DNA of 64,000 nucleotides from the human T2T-CHM13v2.0 reference genome, Homo sapiens, in NCBI RefSeq assembly GCF_009914755.1, contig NC_060944.1; one strand, 5' to 3'. The position numbers and the translations under genes were made by a program. Under the pieces are notes generated by a model. The model ran no database searches. It was not told where the DNA came from and saw only the letters and a program-made list of their open reading frames with translations. Positions 30,570 to 39,770 of the stretch are shown piece by piece; positions within the stretch are counted from its first letter, which is position 1; each line of letters begins with the position of its first letter.

Positions 30570-31800
30570 GAAAATGCAGGCAAATAAAAACAAAGTTAAT
30601 GCAAAAATAAGACTTACCAAAATTGAATTTTAAAAAATCCTTCATGACAGCGGTTGCCCTGGGGAAAAAAATGGAAATCTAAATAGACCTATAACCATTA
30701 GAGCAAGCAAATCAGTTGTTTAAAACAAACCACAAAAATAAACACCAGACCCAGAGAGTTTACAAACAAATTTAAACTCACCTGTTTTAGAAAGCAGAAA
30801 ATGAAAGAATACACACAATTTGTTTTATGAGGTTTTAATGCTCAAACCAGAAATTAAATATATGAGGAAAAAATACAACTCAATTTACACTTATGAGCAC
30901 AAGTGCAAAATTATAATATTTTATTAGCAAAAAGTATATTAAATTACATTAATTGTATTATTCAAATTAAATATTGGATAATTATTAATCTAATTATTTA
31001 ACTATTTAAAATTAAATAAAATTTTCATCTATTTTACCACTTTCACACTAGCATATTTAATATTATTCACAAATTAAGATAAAATTGTGATCTCAATAGA
31101 TTCACAGAATGCATTTAATAAAATCCAATACCCAATTGTCTTAGTTTGTTTGCACTACTATACAAAATACCTCATCATTTGTAATTTATAAAGAATGGAA
31201 ATTTATTTGTCACAGTTCTGGAGGATGGAAAGTCCAAGATTAAGGTGTCAAGAGGTTCTGTGCACTGAGGGCCCAGTCTCTGTTTCAAAGATGTCACTTT
31301 GAAGGCTATATCCTCACTTGGAAGAAGGGAAGGAAGGGCATAAAATGACCTCACCCAGTTCCCTCTAGCCCTTTTATAAGACACTAATTCATTGATGAGG
31401 GCAGAGCACCTTCATATCTTAGTCACTTCCCTACAGGTGCCACCTCTTAGTACCACTACAATGGGGAATAAGTTTCAACATGACATCTGGAAAAGACACA
31501 TTCAAAGCATAGCACCAGTCTTTATTAAAAAACAAAAAAGTCTTTTAACAGATAAGTTCCATAGCCTGGTAAACCATAAACCTGATCACAGGTAATGATA
31601 AAACACTAAAACCATCCAATTGAAAATATAAACAAGATAAAGACATGTGCTATCATCATTACTATCAAATCTTGTCTGGAGATCCCAGGCAAGCAGAAAA
31701 GAGAGAGAGAGAGAGAAATGAAAGATAAAAGGATTGAAGAAGAAGAAGCAAAACTCTCCGTTATTCACAGACAATGAACCACAGTGTGATTGTGGACATC
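30570..31800 (+). mobile_element. Ancient L1M ORF2, left part of the host element of the ERV
   Basis: aatctaaatagacctataacc, atctcaatagattcacagaatgcattt, ataaaaggattgaaga; the L1 resumes at about 36680. Confidence 0.75.
31137..31514 (-). mobile_element. MSTD/MLT1A-like solo LTR
   Basis: tgtcttagtttg...cacagttctggagg...cattcaaagcatagca; TSD ccaat/ccagt. Confidence 0.85.
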
Positions 31801-31824
31801 TAAGAAGTCTGTGATCTAAGAAGT

Positions 31825-32040
31825 CACTAATGAAAAATGTGTATCTTGAATGATCTTTGGGAATTTCTGACAGATCCAACAATTTGACAGGTTTTCTCCA
31901 GTAGCAGTATTCTGAGACAGTTTGTTTACAGTATTATTGTGCTATTCTAAACATTGCAGTAATGGAAATAGGAACAAAAGGGTGATTAAAGCTTTAAGAG
32001 TAAAGGAAGATATTCTGAAAATGCAAGGACGTGTAAATGA
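31825..32040 (-). pseudogene. ERV env leader/SU N-terminus remnant
   Basis: Minus frame reads ITLLFLFPLLQCLE*HNNTVNKLSQNTATGENLSNCWICQKFP; CWIC (CxxC) at 31870-31881. Confidence 0.65.
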
Positions 32041-32044
32041 AAGG

Positions 32045-32249
32045 GACATCTCTCACCATGTAATACAGCAGCTTCCCCTGTCACCTTCTGCCATGAATAT
32101 AAGCTTTCTGAAGCCCTCACCAGAAGCAGATGCCAGCTCTATGCTTCATGTACAGACTGCAGAACCATGGGACAAGGTAAAACTTCCCTTCTTTATAAAT
32201 TACCCAGTCTCAAGTATTCCTTTATAGCAATGCAAAGCAGCCTAACACA
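32045..32249 (+). mobile_element. MSTB-like LTR, 3' half only
   Basis: gccctcaccagaagcagatgcc...ataaattacccagtctcaagtattcctttatagcaatgc...ctaacaca. Confidence 0.85.
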
Positions 32250-32251
32250 AA

Positions 32252-33389
32252 GGCCTTGTATCCCTCTTCTGCCAGGAAATTTAAAGTCAATATAGTGTTC
32301 TGGTCAGAGTCTGTCTTAGTAGTGCAGGCTATTACTATGTCATCAACATACTGTAACAAAGTCTCATCTTTTAATTGGAGGTCTCACAGGTCCTTGGCAA
32401 GTATTTCCCCAAAGATAGTTGGAGAGTTTTCGAAACCTTGGTGAAGCACTGTCCAATAAAACAGCTGTTAGGCTTTAGAACATGGTATTGTTATTCCAAG
32501 GCAAGCAGTTATTGGGACTCTGGATTCAGGGGAATACAGAAAAAGACATCTTTTAGCTCTAAGGCTGAAAACCAGCCAAACTTACCAGGCAATGTCATGA
32601 GTAGTGTGTAAGGATTGGGGACCGCTGGATGGATGTCTTCCATAATCTGCTTATTGGCCCTCAAATCCTGTATAAATGTATATTATTTAAGTCCAGGCTT
32701 CTATAGTGGCAGAATAGGCATATTGCACAGGATCTGACAGGGTCTAATGCGCTCATATTGTAAGAAGGCAAACAATAAAGGCTAAATGCCCCACTGTGCC
32801 TGTTCTCCCTTAGTGTACTGTTTTAGGTTTTTCACTGTTACTCTAGCATAACCTTGACTCACACTGGGAGTGTGGTTTTCACTTTCCCTGGCCTCATCTG
32901 CCCAAGTTTCTGGACTCACCTCTTAAAGCAGTGTCCCCAACATTTTTGGCACCAGGGACTGGTTTCATGGAAGACAATTTTTCCACAGATAGTGGTGGGG
33001 AATGGGGGTGGTGGTGATGGTTTTGGGATGAAATTGTTCCACCTCAGATCATCAGGCATTGGTTAGATTCTCATAAGGAGCACACAACCTCGATTCCTTG
33101 CATGCACAGTTCACAATAGAGTTTGCACTCCTGTGTGAATCTAATGCTGCCACTGTTCTGACAGGAGGCAGAGCTCAGGTGGTAATGCTCACATCTTGCT
33201 GTGTGGCCTGGTTCCTAACAGGCCATGGACTGGTACTGGTCCATGGCCCAGAGGTTGGGGACCCCTGTCTTATACCTCTTCCTGTGTGGGGGCATTTTCA
33301 ATAACTTCTCTTTGCAAGAAGGCAACCTGAAGAACACAGGCTTTTTCTGGGGGCCCCTGAATGTTCATCCAATGCAGAGAAAAGGTAAC
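32252..33389 (-). pseudogene. ERV1 pol (reverse transcriptase N-terminal half), disrupted
   Basis: Minus-strand motifs QDLRA, HPAVPNPYTLL, LELKDVFFCIPL, WTVLHQGFENSPTIFG and LLQYVDDI (YVDD at 32339-32350); has stops and frameshifts and a MER1B insertion. Confidence 0.9.
32929..33267. mobile_element. MER1B hAT-Charlie MITE inserted in ERV pol
   Basis: 339 bp, TIRs cagtgtccccaac and gttggggacccctg, 8-bp TSD tcttaaag/tcttatac. Confidence 0.92.
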
Positions 33390-33665
33390 TTAAGCATTTA
33401 ATTTGGCCAGGAAGTCTTGTCCCAACAAACAAATAGGACATTCAGGCATGTATAGGAAACCAGCTTTTAAATGAGTTTGTCCTAGTTGAAAGCACAAAGT
33501 TCGGAGAAGTAATCTTGGCAGTATCTTTCCAAAGACCCCAGCCACTTTTATAAACTCAAAAGAAAATTTAGACAACTGAGTGTTCAATACTGAATAAGCA
33601 GTACCGGCATCTACATAATACTTCAAAAACTCATTTCCTATTGTCATTGCTACCCAAGGCTCCAT
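33390..33665 (-). pseudogene. ERV1 aspartic protease, degenerate
   Basis: EPWV...YYVDAGTAYSVL (DTGA altered to DAGT)...FLYMPECPICLLGQDFLAKL. Confidence 0.88.
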
Positions 33666-33719
33666 ATGGGAAATACAGAAGGTATGGTTTGGGTCAGGAG
33701 AAAGACCTCAGCCCCATTC

Positions 33720-35286
33720 TTCCTGATCTGCTTCAAGCCCTTTAGACATCTGGGGAATTAGGTGAACTGAAGGCTAACTTTTCCCAGCACTGGGCTTTTG
33801 AGGCATGAGTAATCTTTTTTCCAGTCATCTTTCCGTTTTGAATAGGCACACTGTTTGGGACCTGCAGTAAGACAACCATTTTTATTGATAGTTTGGGGCC
33901 AAGGTGGTCCTACCTTAGATGATGTGCTTGCAGGGGTCCCTATCATGGTCTAGGGACTCCTTGAGTCAAAGCCTCAGCCAACAAGTCAGCTGTTTGTACA
34001 TTTTTCGTTTTTATTTCCATTTCTTCACCTGGATCAGTAAATACATTGAAAGCAATATCCACCAACTAAGACAAAGACATTCATAAAAGCCTGTCCACCT
34101 TTTTCAGCTTTTTCCAAGAATTTGTGGCACTTTGACTAACAAACCTCATGTATGCCATTTTTAAATTGTCTGGGGCTTCTGGATCAATATCCATGTATTG
34201 TCCAAACTCTTCAAAACCCCACTGTAAGAACTCTGAGAAACTGTCATTAGGTTGCTCTCTAAATTCCTGGTCCTTACTGAGGTTTCTTTGGTTGGGCACC
34301 CCCTTCCACAGACCAGCCAAAATGCAATCCCAATCATGTTCCAGCTTAGGTCTATCTGCAGTGTTTACATTCAATCCTGGATAAAGGGCGGGCACTGCAA
34401 CTTAGGCAGCTGTTCTTACCAGATTGCCGGGTGAGTCAGCATGCAGTCAATAAGTTTCCTCCTGAGCTTTATCTAAACCCATTCTCTGATTCTCTAAGGT
34501 TAAAAATATGTTTAAAAAATTTTAGACATTTGTCCATGTGGGGATATGAGTACCAAATATTGAGGAGAACAGATTCTCTATCCACTTTGCATCTTGCTGA
34601 CAGGTGGGCATGTTGTTTTTCCAATTAAACAAGTCAGAGGTAGAAAATGGAGAGTGGACCCAAACAAATCCCATAGGTTGGCCTGTAAGCAGCATCAAAC
34701 TCTTTTATGAGTAGCTGTAAGGGGAATTGTCCTCCCAGAGCCAAAATGGCATCCTGATTGAATTGAGTTCCCTGTCAGGAATGAGAGGGAAAGACCACTT
34801 TTGTTGCTCCTAACTCCTGAACTCTGTAGGGTGAGGACTCCAGCTTAGGGGCCAGCAGAGCAGCTGCAGCTTCCACATAAGGTGATGACGCTGTGAGAAC
34901 AGTATGCTTATTTAGTTGAACCACCAACGTATCATTATCTTTTTTCTTGTCAGTCAGCCAAACAGGTATTTTCCTTTGCTGAACAATGATTTTGCATTTC
35001 TTTTCCATTGGTTTATTTTGCCAAAGCAGAATAAAATATTATACATAAGGGATCTCTTCCCATTTCTCTTTCCTCTTGCAGTAAACTGCAGGATAGTACT
35101 GTAATCGAGGGAGCCTTTTAATGACCACTGCTTACCTGAATCCAGCATGTATTGTGGCCAGGCAGTATTACAAAAGAAAATCAACTTTTTGTTTGTTTGT
35201 TTCATGCACTTATAGACAAAACCTTCTGAATTTTGCAGGTTGCAGCCCAAAAGACTGCTTCAGAGAACCAAATCAACATTTCCCAT
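33720..35286 (-). pseudogene. ERV1 gag (MA-CA-NC), disrupted
   Basis: MGN start at 35286 in frame with KKLIFFCNTAWPQY (matrix); capsid MHR-like EQPNDSFSEFLQ...IDPEAP...FVSQSA; decayed zinc knuckle QCAYSKRKDDWKKDY. Confidence 0.9.
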
Positions 35287-35780
35287 TCCAGCCAAGATGC
35301 GCACACACCAAAACACAGGCACTAGTCACTCTGCTCACTGCCGAAGTTTGACGTGGTGAGGCTGACACTTGTTCCTGTTGGTCTCTAGCACCACTGATGC
35401 ACTCAAGGCGGGGAGGAATGAGCTCCACTGGAAGTTCAGTAGGTGGTCCCCAGGAAGGATGGAAGAGCAGATGGTCACTCTGAGTTAGGCTAGTGGAGCT
35501 TCCAGTAGCAATTCCTTCAGGGCTCACCAAATGTTACTAGCCATACAAAAAAAGATAGTTCCCTGAATTAGGCCTGCTGAGCTTCTGCTAGTAATTCCTT
35601 CAGGGGATTTCCTCCATGGCCGTAAGTATGCATAATAAGACAAAGATAAATAACAAGGCCTTCCAAAATCAAGTTCTAAATTTCAGAAATTTCACCCAAG
35701 TAATGCCCTTTATTCTCTTTCCAAGTGAATAGAAATCCCCTCAAACAAGGTCCTTCTTATTTCTAGGGAGGTTTGGCAAG

Positions 35781-35900
35781 ACCTTGAAAGAGGCAAGAAG
35801 ACCTCTAAGAAGGCCACAAAACCTTCAAGGAGGCCATAAGACTTCCAAGGAAGCAACAAGACCTTCTGAGAGGCCACAAGAACTCCAAGGAGGTCACAAG
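35781..35900. repeat. 20-bp period tandem array (6 units) in the ERV leader
   Basis: accttgaaagaggcaagaag / acctctaagaaggccacaaa / accttcaaggaggccataag / acttccaaggaagcaacaag / accttctgagaggccacaag / aactccaaggaggtcacaag. Confidence 0.85.
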
Positions 35901-36048
35901 ATCTGTCAATAGGCAAGACATCAGAGATAGCCGCTAGTTCGGTGGAACTGAGTGGCCACTTGGCTTGTCTCTGGGTCCATCCCAGTGGAAAGGGGGCACT
36001 GAGCCAAATGTCCACAAGGGGCTCTTGAATAGCTCTTATAACAAAATT

Positions 36049-36656
36049 TGTTATAGGGCCAACATGTTTATATGCCCACTGCACAGTAACAGACCAATTA
36101 CACTGAGGCAGCAGGGATGCAGCAGAGAAAGAATTTAATTATTGTAGGGTGCCAAGTGAAGAGGTGGAAGGATAACATCAAATCCATCTCCCCAGGGAGT
36201 TCTGAGCTGGCATTTTCAAGGAGATTGTGGAAGATGAGAGGCTGAAAAATTGGGATCATTGATTGGCCAGGGCAAACAGGATGAAATCATCAGAATGTGG
36301 AAACTGCATTCTTTGGTGAGTCAGCTTCTCACAAGGTTCTTCAGCCCAACTGGCATCAGTGGGGTCCTTCAGACCAGCTGAGTCAGTAGTTTCATCAGGA
36401 CCTGAAGGAATATCTCAAAGAGAAAACTTAATGTCTCATAATGTTCAGGTTGTTATCTATAGACCAGTTACGGGGAACTATAATCCAGGGTCCATGTGAT
36501 TCCAGGACAGTCAGCACCAAACAACTCCAAGGATGCAGGTCAGAGAGCAGGCTGACCTAATGATGAATGCTGGACATGGTGCAAGCTTGGTTTATTTTTG
36601 TTTCTTCCTTCTCTTCTTCCCTGATTAATTTTATAAACTTTATCCAGGTGGTTTCA
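36049..36656 (-). mobile_element. ERV1 5' LTR (MER4-group, LTR26/LOR1-like)
   Basis: Minus strand begins TGAAACCACC and ends TATAACA, 608 bp, directly upstream of the leader and gag. Confidence 0.8.
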
Positions 36657-36679
36657 ACACTTGGATCCAGTAAACAAGG

Positions 36680-37520
36680 ATATTAAAGAGATGAGGTATG
36701 CAGTCACAAAGAAAGATAAATAGGCCAGTGGAAAATACGAGAATCCTGGTCCTGAAACAAACACTGGTAGCTTAATATTGGACAGAAATGGCATGAAAGA
36801 TAGTAAACAAAGGATGGTTTATGTAGTAAATCACAAAAGGACAACTGGCCTTACATTTGGAGAAAGAATAAAGCAAATGAGCAAAAAGCCTGGAGTTGTG
36901 GATCATCCGTCTAATCCCAACACTTTGGAAGGCTGAGGTGGGTTGATCTTAAGCTCAGGGGTTTGAGACCAGCTTGGACAACATAGTGAGACTTCATCTC
37001 TACTAAAATAAACAAATAAATTAATTAGTTAATTAATAGCTGAGCATCATGGTGCATGCCTGTAGTCCCAGCTGCTCAGGGGCCTGAGGCAGGAGGATTG
37101 CTTGAGCCTGGAAGTTGGAGGCTTCACTGACTTATGATATGCCATTGCACTCCTATCTGGAAGACAGAAGGAGACCCTGTCTCAAAAAAACAAAACAGAA
37201 CAGAACAATAAACATTTACTGGATTTCAAGAGGAGACCAATCTTTACTTTTACATGTAAAAGTGATGAAATACATTATTAAGGAAAACATTGATAGATTT
37301 TGCTATAAAAATGTTACAAATTCTCTAGGTTAAAAACATGTAAACCAAATTGAAAAGAAACAAGCTGGAAAACCTAGGTACATGCAGTTAATGAAGTTTT
37401 TACTAAAAAGAAAAAGCATTCAAACTATTCTGGAGAGTGTACCAAGACCCAAAGCAGTAAATTTACAGAAACAAAATTTAAATGAGTAATGCACATAATA
37501 AAATATACTATGTCCCTTAA
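36680..37520 (+). mobile_element. Ancient L1M ORF2, right part of the host element, interrupted by an AluJ
   Basis: aaataggccagtggaaaatacgag...aaaggatggtttatgtagtaaat...acaactgg is a degenerate L1 ORF2 continuation. Confidence 0.6.
36888..37205 (+). mobile_element. AluJ SINE
   Basis: gaggattgcttgagcctggaagttggaggct J-type diagnostics, high divergence. Confidence 0.9.
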
Positions 37521-37522
37521 AA

Positions 37523-37772
37523 AAACACCGCATATTCTCACGCATAGGTGGGAATTGAACAATGAGATCACATGGACACAGGAAGGGGAATATCACACTC
37601 TGGGGACTGTGGTGGGGTCGGGGGAGGGGGGAGGGATAGCACTGGGAGATATACCTAATGCTAGATGACACGTTAGTGGGTGCAGCGCACCAGCATGGCA
37701 CATGTATACATATGTAACTAACCTGCACAATGTGCACATGTACCCTAAAACTTAAAGTATAATAAAAAAAAA
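37523..37772 (+). mobile_element. L1HS 3' end (ACG/A type)
   Basis: gctagatgacACGttagtgggtgcagcgcacc and acctgcacaatgtg; ACG at 37670-37672, A at 37755; A-tail. Confidence 0.9.
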
Positions 37773-37847
37773 TACATGACATAAATATTATGTCATAAAT
37801 GCTTCTATATTTGTTATAATGAAAGCTTCTTGATACAGAATATGCTC

Positions 37848-38217
37848 TATATTAGTCCATTTTCACACTGCTATAAAGAACTATCTGGGACTAGGTAACT
37901 TAAAAAGGAAAGAGTTTACGTTGACTCACGGTTCAATATGGCTAGGGAAGCCTCAGGAAACTTACAACCATGATGGAAGGCAAAGGGGAAGCAAGGCACC
38001 TTCTTCATAAGGTGGCAGGAAGAATGAATGGAGGAACTACCAAACACTTATAATACCATCCAATCTCATGAGAACTCACTCACTATCATGAGAATAACAT
38101 AGGGGAAACCTCTATGATCCAAATACCTCCATCTGGTCTCTCCCTTGACACCTGGGGATTATACGGATTATAATTCAAGATGAGATTTGGGTAGGGAAAC
38201 AAAGCCCAACCATATCA
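37848..38217 (-). mobile_element. THE1D/MSTA-like solo LTR
   Basis: tatattagtccattttcacactgct...aaccatatca; TSD tgctc on both sides. Confidence 0.9.
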
Positions 38218-39109
38218 TGCTCTTAATTATAATTTTTTCACTGCATCTTCCTTTCATAATATTGTTTCAAGGAAAACTATATTTTGAGTTTCCAGAAATG
38301 GGAAGGTGTGGCCAGAAGAGGCACAGGGTTTTAATGACTTACAGATTAGAGAAGAGGAAAATCACTGGAGGAGACAATGAAATTTAAAATTTTTCTTTGA
38401 AAGAAAGGGTTTTTTGGTGCATCTTCAACAGAAAATGCAACTACTCTTGTCAATCACTTTATACATGTTCTAAATTGTACAAACAGACAAGGACAATGCC
38501 ACTTACTCCCGAGATTGTATGTATCTAGCAGATAGGTAGCTAAGGCGGTGAGACATAACAAGATCTGAGCAAGCAAAGATATTTTCTTGCACAGATTCTT
38601 GACCTAGAACATTATCCAGAGCATGTAATCCCTGACTGGGAAGCTGGCGTGGAGTAGAGCTTGGAGAATTTCTTGGTTCCAGAGTGGGTCACAGCCAAGT
38701 GTTACCAAGAAATTGTATTTTTATTTAGTTATAGACCCACAAGTCACTTGTATTCTTTACATTGCTAATCAAATCCAAAGCAGCCAAGATCGTGCACCAG
38801 GACAGAAGTAAACAATGGCCTGTCACCTAAGGAGCTGGAAATGATGCCCCATTCAAGAGAAACTTTCACAACCCACCTCTAATTCACCAATGATCAGGAT
38901 AACTCATGCTCTATTCTTCCTCTATAAAGCACATTGACTGATGAACACATGTGCTTTCTAAGCCACACTATAATGTCCATGAACTTCTGTTCTTACCTGT
39001 CTGGTTATTTGCTTACCAAGAATCTGTGTTGTTTGTTCCCAAATTCAACTAGGTCAGTTCTTATGCTGTGATCGGGTAACTGAATTCAATGTTATATCCA
39101 ACTGAAAAG

Positions 39110-39225
39110 GAATCATGGCATGCTAATTACCCTGATCTGATCACTATACATTATACATATGGAAATATCAATATGTGCCCCATGAATAGTCCACTTAAAT
39201 AAATAATTAATTAAAAATTAAAATG
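39110..39225 (+). mobile_element. L1MA 3' terminus
   Basis: atgctaattaccctgatctgatcactatacattat followed by an A-rich tail. Confidence 0.7.
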
Positions 39226-39574
39226 AATGGGAATGATGCAATTAAATCAAGATATTAAAAATATTGTTGAAGATGAGGCTGGTGGGAAATGTTATAAAAA
39301 TCTAAAAGTGCTGTGCAGAAAGATTACTCTCCAAGTATTTTTAAGGGCTCATTTCTCTTCAATCAAACTGCAAATGTTAATCATGGATCCCACATTTCAA
39401 ATGTGGTTTGTGCTAAACGATGATGTGGAATGCTAACAGGAAAATCTATCTTCAGAGAAAGCACTTAGGCCCTACCATGATAAACTGACAAATCAGTATT
39501 TATTAGAATTTTTTTAAGTTAAAATAAAATGTGTATGATAAGCCTTTTGCAACACCTAATGAAACAACAGATCT

Positions 39575-39770
39575 TGGCAATGATGGATGTATGCTACAAA
39601 CACTAGAAACGTGGCAATTAAATTTAAATTAAATAAAAATTTTAGTTCCTCAGTCTAACTAGCCATATTCCACATGCTCAATAGCTACATGTGGCTCAGT
39701 GGCTACCATCTTAGAGTAGATATGGAGTGTTTCCATTTTCAAAAAAAGTTCCATTGGACACACCATTCTA
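39575..39770. mobile_element. MER3/MER33-like hAT MITE
   Basis: ctagccatattccacatgctcaatagctacatgtggctcagtggctacc...aagttccattggaca. Confidence 0.75.

Noticed and set aside
33390-35286. ERV gag/pro as a domesticated coding gene
   Set aside because: Multiple stops and frameshifts; the protease catalytic motif and zinc knuckle are mutated
35781-35900. 20-bp periodic array as a CRISPR-like array
   Set aside because: Units are contiguous without unique spacers, there are no cas genes, and the context is a eukaryotic retroviral leader
37605-37640. G-quadruplex-forming tract (also at about 9685-9710)
   Set aside because: Standard feature of the L1 3' UTR, not specific to this locus
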